Source of the DNA: an uncultured Chthonomonadaceae bacterium
Lineage (GTDB): Bacteria; Armatimonadota; Chthonomonadetes; Chthonomonadales; Chthonomonadaceae
Length of the DNA: 64,000 bases
Assembly: GCA_963835065.1 (NCBI GenBank)
Contig: CAWIEK010000063.1
Location: forward strand, 32,001 to 96,000
Reading direction: 5' to 3'
Positions 55,039-64,000 of this stretch are shown piece by piece (position 1 is the stretch's first letter; each line of letters starts with the position of its first letter). The notes beneath the pieces were generated by a model, which was given only the letters and a program-made list of their open reading frames with translations, had not been told where the DNA came from and searched no databases. The translations under genes were made by a program, and so were the position numbers.

Positions 55039-56209
55039 CCGCATTGCGCAATCGGGCGGGTGGGCGCGTCCCCTCCTGAGTATTGTGGCGGGACTGGCGC
55101 TGGCTGCCATTTTGATGCGGTTGTCCGGCTATGATGTGCGGGCGGCTTATGGCGCGCTGTGGAGCGGCGCGACGGGGCTGGAAGCGGGACATGCGCGGGG
55201 CGGAAGCCAGTTCGGGTTGGGCGCGCTGCCTTACCATGTCAACCTGTACCAACTGGCGCAATCCCTGTCGCGGGTCACGCCTTTATTGCTGGCGGGGCTG
55301 GCGATTGCGCTTGCGCTGCGGGCGGGATTGTTCAACATCGGGGCGCAGGGACAAATGACGGTCGGGGCATTGGCGGCGGCGGTTGTGGGCGAGTGGGGCG
55401 CGGGGAGTGGCAAAGCGGGCGCGAGTGGCGCATTGCCGCCGTTCGTCCATATACCCCTTGTGCTGCTGGCGGGCGCGGCTGCGGGCGGATTGTGGGGAGC
55501 CTTGCCTGGCCTGCTGAAAGCGTACCGGGGCGTCCATGAAGTGATTGCGACGATCATGCTCAATTACCTGGGCCTGAACATCGTCACATACCTGGTCACG
55601 CACAACTTCAAGGATGTGAAGAGTCAGGCTACGCAGACGCCGCAGATTGCCCGTTCTGCGATGCTGTCGCCCTGGGTTACGGGCAGCAATTTGACCGTTG
55701 GTTTTGTGATTGCGTTAATTCTTGCCGTTGCAATCACGTTTCTGATAAAGCGGATGAGTCTGGGGTATCAGATACGGGCGGTCGGCATGGGCGCGGAAGC
55801 GGCGCGGGCGGCGGGTATTCCGGTTGCCCGCGTGTTGATTACAACGATGTCGCTGTCGGGGGCGCTTGCCGGCATTGCGGGCGCGATTGAAGTGATGGGC
55901 ATCCACCATCGTTACGTGCAGGGCGTGGCGGGCAATTACGGCTTTGATGGCATCGCGGTTGCCCTTCTTGGCGGGTTGGGCGGGTTGGCCGTCACCCTGA
56001 GCGCATTTTTCTTTGGCTTACTCGCGTCCGGCGCGGATTACATGCAGACCCTGACGAACGTGCCCGATTCGGTAGCCGTGATCGTGCAGGCATTGGTGAT
56101 TTTGTTTGTCGGCGTTCGGCTGATGCGGGGCGAAAAGCGCGAAGCCGCCCCCATTGCGCCAACGCCGACTGCGCAGGAAGGATCTGCCACGCAACATGCC
56201 CCCCTCTAA
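55031..56209 (+). CDS. Nucleoside-type ABC transporter permease 1
   Basis: GLFNIGAQGQ, HEVIATIMLNY, GFDGIAVALLG. Confidence 0.9.
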   Translation: MNSRIAQSGGWARPLLSIVAGLALAAILMRLSGYDVRAAYGALWSGATGLEAGHARGGSQFGLGALPYHVNLYQLAQSLSRVTPLLLAGLAIALALRAGLFNIGAQGQMTVGALAAAVVGEWGAGSGKAGASGALPPFVHIPLVLLAGAAAGGLWGALPGLLKAYRGVHEVIATIMLNYLGLNIVTYLVTHNFKDVKSQATQTPQIARSAMLSPWVTGSNLTVGFVIALILAVAITFLIKRMSLGYQIRAVGMGAEAARAAGIPVARVLITTMSLSGALAGIAGAIEVMGIHHRYVQGVAGNYGFDGIAVALLGGLGGLAVTLSAFFFGLLASGADYMQTLTNVPDSVAVIVQALVILFVGVRLMRGEKREAAPIAPTPTAQEGSATQHAPL

Positions 56210-57090
56210 CGTGATTGCCACTTTTGTTTCCGCCACGCTGTTCAGCGCCACGCCGCTTGTGCTGGCCGCGATGGGCGGCATCCTGTCCGAACGGGCGGGC
56301 GTGGTCAACATCGCTTTGGAAGGCTTGATTTTAACGGGCGCGTTCGTGGGCGTGGTTGCGGAACAAAGCGCGCATAATCTGGGCGCGGGCGCGGCGAGTT
56401 TCGGATTGGCGGCAGCGGTGCTGGCGGGCGGGCTTGCTCGGCCTGCTCCACGCCCTGCTGACCCAAAAACTGCGCATGAACCACGTCGTCAGCGGCCTGG
56501 GCATCAACCTGCTGGCGGCGGGCGCGACCCGGTATCTGAGCCTGCGCCTATTCCCGTCCGGCATCTCCGTCGTGGGGCTGTCGGGCAATCTGTTTCTTGG
56601 CCTGGCGATTGTCCTGCCGTTTGTGGTCTACTGGCTGCTGACGCGCACCACGTTCGGCCTGCGATTGCGCGCAGTAGGCGAAAACCCGGAAAGCGCGCGT
56701 ATGGCAGGCATTTCGCCCGCGCTGCCCCGTTATTTCGCGGTCACATTGTCGGGGATGCTGGCGGGACTGGCGGGCGCGTACCTGTCGCAGGCCGAGACGC
56801 GCAATTTTTCCAGCAATATGTCGGCGGGCCGGGGGTACATCGCGCTTGCCGCCGTGATCTTCGGCAAGTGGACGCCGCAGGGAGCCGCCCTCGGCGCGTT
56901 GTTTTTCGGCTTCTGCTACGTCCTGCAAACGCAGCTTCAAATAATGGGCAAGCACATCGTCTTTTTGGGCGTGGAGTGGACAAGCCCCTACCTGCTCGAC
57001 GGCCTGCCCTATCTAATGACCCTCGCAGCTCTCGTCAGCGTGGTAGGCCGCGCCACCCCTCCCGCCGCCCTCGGCAACGAAGACGCCTGA
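56196..57090 (+). CDS. Nucleoside-type ABC transporter permease 2; frameshift near 56435
   Basis: SERAGVVNIALEG in one frame; GLRLRAVGENP, AGRGYIALAAVIFGKW and LPY..P.ALG in another. Confidence 0.88.
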
Positions 57091-57301
57091 TAACCTGACG
57101 TACAGAGATAGGATTTTCGTCTGAGATGTTGTTGAAAACCTATTGACCATGAGCAGCAACTCTTTGGTGAATCGTTGACAACAGCCTTCTTTTCCATTAT
57201 ACTGTGATTGGTAAACAGAGTAGGGTTTTATTACTCAACAGAGTAGTGTTCCTTCACATTTGTCTGCTTTCACATTGATAAAAGGAAGGGAGGTTTTCAT
57301 T

Positions 57302-57649
57302 ATGTCAGAACATTATGCCGCGCTGAGTTCAGGTGGGATTAGCAGCACACAAACGGGTACAAAAATGGAACCGATAACCCTTTCCAAAAATGGCTTACCT
57401 ACGGCTCCTGTTGTAGAACCACGTATTTCATTCGCTGAGATCGGTCGAAAAGGGGATGCAATTTACGCGCGTCTTCGTCCTGAATTGGAAAAAGAGCATT
57501 ACGGAAAGTACCTCTTGATTGATGTTGAGACAGGAGAGTATGCGTATGATTCTGAGAGGGAGAAGGCGTACAACGCTCTCTTAACAAAATGTCCGAACGC
57601 GCTTGTCTACTGCGCGCGTATCGGCTGGAGAACCACGCTTCGTCCGTAA
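57302..57649 (+). CDS. Small DUF5678-like protein
   Basis: G.AIY..LRPELEKEHYGKYLLIDVETGEY..RIG. Start may be 57364. Confidence 0.65.
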   Translation: MSEHYAALSSGGISSTQTGTKMEPITLSKNGLPTAPVVEPRISFAEIGRKGDAIYARLRPELEKEHYGKYLLIDVETGEYAYDSEREKAYNALLTKCPNALVYCARIGWRTTLRP

Positions 57650-57667
57650 TGGCAGGATTAACAAACC

Positions 57668-58042
57668 ATGAATGGTATTGTAACCGACAGGCTGGAATTG
57701 CAAGTAGAATTTAAATTGTTTGCCGAAGGCAGGTTTTTTGATGCTAACGGCACAGTAGACACTCGGTTTCCAGCAGAAATAGTGATACCACAAAACAATG
57801 TGAGCGCACTTAACTTGAAGTACAAAATGCTGGACACATTCGATATGCTGGACGGCACTATCTGCTATATTCCTGTGTACGAAGCTGAAATTGAGTGGAA
57901 CAACAAGCGCCTGCGGGTTTATGTACATTCGATAGGAGAAGAAAACATTCTGATTGGTGTAGGATTGTTATTTTTACTTGACCTGGACGCTTACATTGCA
58001 CCCGGCAGTGAATTTGTCCTGAAAGAACATGAAAACCAATAG
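57668..58042 (+). CDS. Clan AA (retropepsin-like) aspartic protease homologue with degenerate motif
   Basis: VDTRF in place of DTGF, and ILIGVGLL. Confidence 0.6.
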   Translation: MNGIVTDRLELQVEFKLFAEGRFFDANGTVDTRFPAEIVIPQNNVSALNLKYKMLDTFDMLDGTICYIPVYEAEIEWNNKRLRVYVHSIGEENILIGVGLLFLLDLDAYIAPGSEFVLKEHENQ

Positions 58043-58105
58043 TCCTCTAAAAGTAGAAGCAAAACCTGACAGTGATCTATCCTGTTGGTACAACGTAATT
58101 GCGCC

Positions 58106-58134
58106 TTGACAAATCGGCTTTCCTCCCGTATACT
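58106..58134 (+). promoter_or_regulatory. Sigma-70 promoter of tRNA-Gln
   Basis: TTGACA-17 nt-TATACT. Confidence 0.8.
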
Positions 58135-58185
58135 ATTTGATGGATACACGCGCAAGTAGAACGTTTTGCGGCGTATCCGCAATGT

Positions 58186-58256
58186 TCCCCGTTAGTTTAG
58201 CGGCAGAACGCCTCGCTCTGGACGAGGTAGGGGTAGTTCGAATCTATCACGGGGAG
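58186..58256 (+). tRNA. tRNA-Gln(CTG), CCA not encoded
   Basis: Acceptor TCCCCGT/ACGGGGA, D arm GTTT/GAAC, anticodon arm CCTCG-CTCTGGA-CGAGG, T arm GGTAG-TTCGAAT-CTATC. Confidence 0.93.
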
Positions 58257-58270
58257 TTGGTTCGTTTTTA

Positions 58271-58342
58271 GGAAAAAAGGAAAAGGAGAAAGGAAAAAGT
58301 AACGCTTCTGATACTTTCTCCTTTCTCCTTTTCCTTTTTTCC
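58271..58342. repeat. Purine/pyrimidine inverted repeat after tRNA-Gln
   Basis: GGAAAAAAGGAAAAGGAGAAAGGA.AAAGT ... ACTTT.TCCTTTCTCCTTTTCCTTTTTTCC. Confidence 0.8.
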
Positions 58343-58541
58343 TCCCCATAGACGCGCTTTTTACTTGCGCGGAGCCGTAAAAATCCGTCTTGACAAACTG
58401 CCCCTGTTTTTGGGTACACTAATCATCAACAAAAGTTTGAGCCGCCGCCTTCTTTTTCTTCCTTTGTTATCTGCAATTTCATAAGCCAGCCGTACCCTGC
58501 GGCCAGCTTTCGCAAGTGTTTGGAAACACGAGGTTACTTTT

Positions 58542-59498
58542 ATGGGCGCAAGTAAGCGCAGTAATTATTCCGCCGGCAGTGGGCGCGGCGCGGGAGCCGA
58601 AGCCGCTCGCAACCTGGGCGTCGTTTTAGGATTGGGCGGCCTGAGTTTCTTCCTGGGCTTCTTTGTCCTGTCGCGCATGGTCCCAGATAAGCACGATACC
58701 AGCGGACTCGCGCCGTCTCCTGCCGTCACGACGCATGATACAGCCCCGGTTCCGACACCCACGCCTGATCCCGCGCCCCGTGAAGCGCGGACAGTGGCTG
58801 CGGCGCCCGCGTCCAGGCGGAACGACAACGGGCCGGAACTGGAACCGGCAACGGAACCCGCCACACAAACGCCCGGCAGTATAGACAGCGCCAAGCCCTC
58901 CCATTCGGACACTTCCTCCGCCAACCCTGCCGATAGCGCGGAAACCGGCGCAAATCCGGCAACGGGCGCGACGGGAGAAACAGGCAGCGCGTCCTCGACA
59001 ACGTCACGCACCCGACGGCACAGTCGTACCACCATGCCGGATGCTTCTTCCACCAACGACAAGGCGCAAGGCGACACAACCGACAACGGCGGATTCAGTC
59101 AGGAAGACCAGAAACCGTCGCGTATTGACCGCGACGCTTCCGGTGACGCTCCCTCCCGAACTACGCGACACACGGATGCCGATACTTCGTCTTCCCATTC
59201 GGATCGCAACGACAGCGCGACAGGTGATACGACCCACACCGCCACACCCGCCAAGCGCGCCCGCTACAGCGTACGCGGCAGCGCGTACTCCCGTCGCGAA
59301 GCCGCCGAGCGCGAAGTGCGCCGCATCACGGATATAGGACTGGAAGCCACCGTCGTCCCTGTCACAACGGAAGACGGCACAACGGTCTACCGCGTCCAGC
59401 AGGGCGTGTACCGCAATCGCTCCAACGCGGAAAAAGCCAAAACCAAGCTGTCGGATGCGGGCGTGGAAGCGGAAATTGTGAAAACAAGTGGTCAGTGA
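58542..59498 (+). CDS. SPOR domain membrane protein
   Basis: One TM helix, a low-complexity linker, then YSVRGSAYS..YRVQQGVY..AEK..L. Confidence 0.8.
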   Translation: MGASKRSNYSAGSGRGAGAEAARNLGVVLGLGGLSFFLGFFVLSRMVPDKHDTSGLAPSPAVTTHDTAPVPTPTPDPAPREARTVAAAPASRRNDNGPELEPATEPATQTPGSIDSAKPSHSDTSSANPADSAETGANPATGATGETGSASSTTSRTRRHSRTTMPDASSTNDKAQGDTTDNGGFSQEDQKPSRIDRDASGDAPSRTTRHTDADTSSSHSDRNDSATGDTTHTATPAKRARYSVRGSAYSRREAAEREVRRITDIGLEATVVPVTTEDGTTVYRVQQGVYRNRSNAEKAKTKLSDAGVEAEIVKTSGQ

Positions 59499-59550
59499 TC
59501 AGGGGTCAGGGCAGTGTCTCTTTAATTTTAGTTTGAGCAAGGTAACAGTT

Positions 59551-60204
59551 TCAAATAGCAAGGTCTTCCCTGATCACTGACCACTGATCACTCTCCACTT
59601 CTGCCCGAATCGCCTTCCAATCCTCCGCCTGCTGCGCTAAGGGGCGTGTGGAAATCACTACTTGTGGGCTGGGATGGTAGACAGGCAAAAGTCGTGTGCC
59701 GCGCCAGTCAATGCACCGCCCGACGCCCGACGCCAATGTGAGGCCGTGCGGTTCCAGCAGGTGCAGGGCGCGCAGGGCGGTTGCGCCCACGCTGACGACA
59801 AGCGGCGGCTGAAGCAACTCCAACTGACGACGCAAAAAGCCGCCGCAGTTCGCAATCTCCGAAGTGGTGGGCTTGTCGTTTGCGCCGCTGATTTTGCGCG
59901 GGTTGCACAGCACGGCATTGGTGATAAAGACGTTTTCGCGCTCCAGCCCGGCCTGCTCCATCAGCCAGCGAAAGTGCCTGCCGGACGCATCGCCCTGCAT
60001 CGGAACGCGGGTACGGTCGCCGCCCCTGCGTCCCGGCGCTTCCGCCACAAACAGGACGTGGGGCGTTCGCGTCCCGTTTTCGCGGCTCAACACTGCAACG
60101 CGCTCGGCCAGGCGAGGACAGCGCGTACAGGCTTGCGCTTCCACGCACAACTCATCGAACAGGCTGTCTCGCGCCTCATTTGGCTGTAAATGGAAAATTT
60201 GCAT
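59551..60204 (-). CDS. Uracil-DNA glycosylase family (4/5-like, Fe-S)
   Basis: CTRCPRL, AEAPG, TNAVLCNP, C..FL, YHPSP. Start uncertain. Confidence 0.85.
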   Translation of the reverse strand: MQIFHLQPNEARDSLFDELCVEAQACTRCPRLAERVAVLSRENGTRTPHVLFVAEAPGRRGGDRTRVPMQGDASGRHFRWLMEQAGLERENVFITNAVLCNPRKISGANDKPTTSEIANCGGFLRRQLELLQPPLVVSVGATALRALHLLEPHGLTLASGVGRCIDWRGTRLLPVYHPSPQVVISTRPLAQQAEDWKAIRAEVESDQWSVIREDLAI

Positions 60205-60731
60205 CTTATTTTGCCTCACCTTAAAAGAAAATACGTCAAAAGGCTTGCGCGAAGCGTCTAAAACTTGATATAATAGCGGCGACACCCCCGACGCGCGTTC
60301 CGCTCCCCCTCCGGCGAACGATTATCAATTCACAGCGCTTTGCTGCGGATGGCATCCCTGTGCGGCATCCGGCAACAATCCAACTTTCGGCGCTTTGCAC
60401 TACCAAATGAACGATTCCGCAGGGCAGCGAGTTTTCCACGCGGCACAATCCCTGGCCGCGCGTGTGCGCCGATGATAATGGCATCCATTTTGGTTCTGCC
60501 GGCCATCGCGCCCGCGAAGAATGAACCGCGACATCTCTTTTCTCCTGTTTGCGCCGCGCCCCGGCGACCTTACCGGTAAGTAATTGATAGTTCATAGCTC
60601 ATAGTTGATAGAGATGCAGGAGCTACAAACTACCAGCGCCTTTCCGCTCAGGCAAGGACAGCGCGTAACAGGAATTCCCCGCGTTCGGCGCGCATGGCGC
60701 GTTCGACGCAATCCAGAAGGCAGGAACATAA

Positions 60732-61274
60732 ATGAGGAAAAGCGTGTTGTGGAACCTTTCCCACGTCCGACTCTCCCTCGCGCTGTTGTTGGCGCTCATG
60801 GGTTCTCTGGCAATCAACGGCTGCGGCGGCGGTGGCGGCAGCTCAAATAACAACACCGGCGGTAACACCGGCGGCACTACGGGCACGACCGGCGACCCGA
60901 CCAAAGCAACCATCACCGGCACGGTCACGGACACCACGACGTCCGCAGGTCCCGTCGTCGGCGCGACAGTTTCCGTGTCGGGCACGAGTTTTTCCACCAA
61001 AACCGGCGCGGACGGCAAGTTCACAATCATCAATGCGCCGGTCGGCACGGTTGGCGTGATCGTCACAACGCCCGATCCCAACGCCTATTACGGCGTTGTT
61101 TTGTACAACTCGAAACTCTACGGTGACCCGGCCAAATGCCCTATTGGTTTGACGACGCAGGCCAGTTCCAAAGGAACATCCCCGGTGGGAACCGTTCAGT
61201 TGTATCCCGGCGGAACCAACCCGCCCCCGCCGCCCTATGTCGGCGCGCTGGATGCCAACGGCTGCCCGAAGTAG
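60732..61274 (+). CDS. Lipoprotein with carboxypeptidase-regulatory-like domain
   Basis: Lipobox-like INGC; ITGTVTD..PVVGATV..TGADGKF. Confidence 0.8.
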   Translation: MRKSVLWNLSHVRLSLALLLALMGSLAINGCGGGGGSSNNNTGGNTGGTTGTTGDPTKATITGTVTDTTTSAGPVVGATVSVSGTSFSTKTGADGKFTIINAPVGTVGVIVTTPDPNAYYGVVLYNSKLYGDPAKCPIGLTTQASSKGTSPVGTVQLYPGGTNPPPPPYVGALDANGCPK

Positions 61275-61342
61275 TCCGCTTTCGCCGCGCATTGCCCCCG
61301 CCCCTGCTCAAGCCCTCAATCGCCTGCGCAGGGGCGCGCGTT

Positions 61343-61472
61343 TAGGGGTCAGGATTTAGGGGTCAGGGGTCAGGGCAATGCCACTTGCTTAATTTCGCAG
61401 TTTGAAGCGGTGATAGCATCTGAAATTTGCATCGCCTGACCCCTGACCCCTGACCCCTAAATCGCTGACCCC
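61343..61472. repeat. Inverted heptamer arrays (GGGGTCA)n ... (TGACCCC)n
   Basis: Arms at about 61343-61375 and 61436-61472. Confidence 0.85.
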
Positions 61473-61518
61473 TTACCTTCGCCTTGTCAGTTTGGCGCGA
61501 ACGTGGTACACTCCAATT

Positions 61519-62589
61519 ATGAGTACGTCCAAAGGCAATTTACGTCCGGTTCGTGTGTTGCGGCAGGCTTTTGCATGGCTGCTGGCGGCGGCATTTTGCG
61601 GCGGCGTGTACCGCGTATACCGCTGGGCCGAACCCTCGCCTGCCAGCATTGCCGCCATCCTGTCGCCTTCGCCTGTCAGCAACGTCAGCCTGGAATTGGA
61701 AGACGCCGCGTTTGAAAATTTCGCGGACGGCAAAAAGAACTGGTCGCTGTGGGCCAAGCGCATCGCCCTGGAACGCCAGCCTGGCGGCGTCGCCAACAGC
61801 CTGCAAACCGCCACCATTGACGGCATCCGCGACGGCAAGCTGTTTGCCAGCCCCATGGGAAGGGGTCAGGGGTCAGGGGTCAGGGGTCAGGAACAAACAC
61901 AGGGAACAGGGAACAGGGAACAGGGAACAGCAGGAACGCAATCGGCAATCGGTTCATCCTTCCTCCTGCATCCTGTATCCTTGCCCGATACCCAACACCC
62001 GACACCCGACACCCCTCCTCAGTCCGGCAGTGACAGCGATCCGGGCCCGCCATCCGCGACGTTTACCGCGCAGCATGGTCGGTATCTGGTGGGGAGTTCG
62101 GAGGGACTGCCTGCCGAGATGCAGTTTACGTATGCGGTGCAGTGGCAGTTTCAATTGACGGGTGACGTGAAAATTCAGACCCGCGAAGGCCACCGGTTTC
62201 ATGCGCCCGCGATTACCATTTTGGAACTCTACAACCGCAAGTCCACCAAAACTGAGCGGCATATCCTGTGCAGCCAGGGCGGCGACATTCAGGCCAAAGG
62301 CGCGACGGTACATGCCAACCAAGCCCGCTACGATGACAAAAACCAGACGGTCGAATGTTTGGGCGGCGTCCGCGCGCAATTGGAGCAGGACAGCGTACAA
62401 GCCGAAACCTTTCACTGGTCGTTGAAGGATGAAGTGATTCGCTGCCCGGAGCAGGCGACGGGAACATGGCAGCACACGCCTTTTACGGCGCAAAACCTTG
62501 TCATTGATTTGAAGCATCATCGCTATCGTAGCTCGGAGATGAATTTGCAGTTGTCGCAAAACCAGATTTTGAAGGGGCACATTCCTTAA
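61519..62589 (+). CDS. LptC-like beta-jellyroll membrane protein with repeat insertion
   Basis: N-terminal TM helix and beta-rich repeats; upstream of an LptA-like gene. Confidence 0.5.
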   Translation: MSTSKGNLRPVRVLRQAFAWLLAAAFCGGVYRVYRWAEPSPASIAAILSPSPVSNVSLELEDAAFENFADGKKNWSLWAKRIALERQPGGVANSLQTATIDGIRDGKLFASPMGRGQGSGVRGQEQTQGTGNREQGTAGTQSAIGSSFLLHPVSLPDTQHPTPDTPPQSGSDSDPGPPSATFTAQHGRYLVGSSEGLPAEMQFTYAVQWQFQLTGDVKIQTREGHRFHAPAITILELYNRKSTKTERHILCSQGGDIQAKGATVHANQARYDDKNQTVECLGGVRAQLEQDSVQAETFHWSLKDEVIRCPEQATGTWQHTPFTAQNLVIDLKHHRYRSSEMNLQLSQNQILKGHIP

Positions 62590-62651
62590 TATCGTTTTTC
62601 AGGAACGTGTTGATGTTTGCGGTTGTTGTGTTTGCAGGAAAGGAAACGCGC

Positions 62652-63638
62652 ATGTTGAAACCACTGTTTTCCACTTCTTCCGCCGAGTCTTTGCGCTTGC
62701 GCCGCGTGGCGGCAGGCGCTTCGCTGGCAAGCGCGCTGCTTGTCACCTGCTGGAGCGTCGGCGTAAGCGCGCGACAGGCAAAATCCCCAACGACTAAAAC
62801 GCCGCCCACGAAATCGGCTGTCCCTTCCACTACCGCGGGTAAGACAGCTTCTTCCGCGCCTGTTTCTCCGCCTTCTGCCGACAAGCCCAAAATGGCAAAC
62901 CTCAAGCTCATTGACTTTGACGTAGACGAACATTCCGGCATCGGAACGGGACACAAATTTGTGTATACCACCGGAGACACCGTGATTTCCGGTGAGAATG
63001 GCCGCTACAACAAAAATCTGGAGGTTATGGATGCCGACACCAATTTGATTTTAGATGATCCCGAACATCACATTACGGGCGATAAGAGCCATGTGGAACA
63101 AAAGAAGTCACGGCTGGTTGTCACCGGCAATGTCGTGCTGACCTTGAAGCCTGAAAAAGCTGCCGCGAACGCCGATCCCAACGCTTCCGTGGATGATGCC
63201 AAGAAGCAGGGCGCAATCATCAACTGCGACGAGGTCGAAAGTTTCTACAAGAAAAAGTTCAATACCCTGCGCGGGCATCTGATTTTCAAGCAGCACATTC
63301 TGCGCCCCGGCAAAGAACCGCTGGACCGCATGGGTACGGCGGAACATGCCGAATACGACGGCAAAAAAGAGATGCTGGTGCTGTTTCCCCCGGTTCACGG
63401 CGAAGACAGCGAAGGCAAAAAGTTCGATTCGGAAAAGAACAAAGTCATCATCAGCACCAAAGCCGGTAACGAAACTATGAGCGGCGCGCAAGGCACTCTC
63501 GTCTTTCCAGTGCAGGAGGCCGAAGAGGACGGGGCGGATACGTCGCCGTTGCCCACCAATCCGGGTACTGCAAAGCCGGACGACACGAAAAAGGACGCGG
63601 GTACGAAAGACACGGGAAAGCCGAGTACCAGTAAGTAG
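62652..63638 (+). CDS. LptA/OstA-like exported protein
   Basis: Signal peptide; beta-strand pattern (LVVTGNVVL, AEHAEYD). Confidence 0.5.
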   Translation: MLKPLFSTSSAESLRLRRVAAGASLASALLVTCWSVGVSARQAKSPTTKTPPTKSAVPSTTAGKTASSAPVSPPSADKPKMANLKLIDFDVDEHSGIGTGHKFVYTTGDTVISGENGRYNKNLEVMDADTNLILDDPEHHITGDKSHVEQKKSRLVVTGNVVLTLKPEKAAANADPNASVDDAKKQGAIINCDEVESFYKKKFNTLRGHLIFKQHILRPGKEPLDRMGTAEHAEYDGKKEMLVLFPPVHGEDSEGKKFDSEKNKVIISTKAGNETMSGAQGTLVFPVQEAEEDGADTSPLPTNPGTAKPDDTKKDAGTKDTGKPSTSK

Positions 63639-63673
63639 CCGACTTTTTATAAGCCGGGTTTCAGGGAACCGCA

Positions 63674-64000
63674 TTGACGAGTTTGGAACATTTGAGTGAC
63701 AGCCAGAAGGCCGCCGTCCTGCATGACGAGGGGCCTGCCGCCGTGTATGCCGGGCCGGGCAGCGGCAAAACGCGCGTGGTCACGCTGCGGGCGGCGCGGC
63801 TTGCGAGTGTGGGCAAGCGCCTGCTCGTGACTACCTTCACCAGCGACGCGACGGAAGAGATGCGCGCTCGCCTGGCGCAACTGCTTTCCAAAGAACAGCT
63901 TGCCAGAACGCAGATTTCCACCATGCACGCCCTGTGCCTGCAAACTCTCAAAGCGACGGGAACCCAATTCGCGCTTTTGACCGATGAGCAACTGCGCCGC
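63674..64000 (+). CDS. UvrD/Rep family helicase (3' partial)
   Basis: TTG start; LSDSQKAAV..AGPGSGKTRV..TFT..EMRARL..STMHAL. Runs off the window. Confidence 0.9.
   Translation, partial: MTSLEHLSDSQKAAVLHDEGPAAVYAGPGSGKTRVVTLRAARLASVGKRLLVTTFTSDATEEMRARLAQLLSKEQLARTQISTMHALCLQTLKATGTQFALLTDEQLRR

Overview
This is a GC-rich bacterial chromosome segment. An Armatimonadota-like origin is inferred from gene content and was not searched. Scattered single-base indels, including one in the essential leuS, point to an error-prone long-read consensus, so some broken genes may be artefacts. Layout: (1) 1-13.2 kb is a patchwork of catabolic genes ending at the 3' half of a tRNA-Lys(CTT), followed by a truncated tyrosine integrase. 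(2) 14.3-24.9 kb holds core or hypothetical genes. (3) 24.9-32.5 kb is a decayed type III-like CRISPR locus: cas6, two 18-repeat arrays whose repeats share only a 3' hairpin plus ATTGAAAC, a one-spacer hybrid mini-array and a cas10 remnant, with no cas1/cas2. Three paralogues of a small CxxCxH...CxAFPxGIP...PYxGDHG protein are interleaved in this locus; one sits with its own -10 and RBS between two CRISPR repeats. (4) leuS is preceded by an unannotated Leu-rich leader peptide with terminator/antiterminator. (5) An S8 protease / IS3 wreck, L,D-transpeptidase, hemL, hydantoinase, HD-GYP protein and the divergent sahR-ahcY pair with its operator. (6) An ATPase + NB-ARC-TPR + GNAT islet ending in a partial ahcY copy. 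(7) Nucleoside-type ABC transporter, tRNA-Gln, SPOR, UDG, Lpt-like and UvrD genes. Heptamer tandem repeats occur throughout, including in frame inside proteins. The best candidates for new biology are the CRISPR-embedded small Cys/His protein family and the leuS attenuator.
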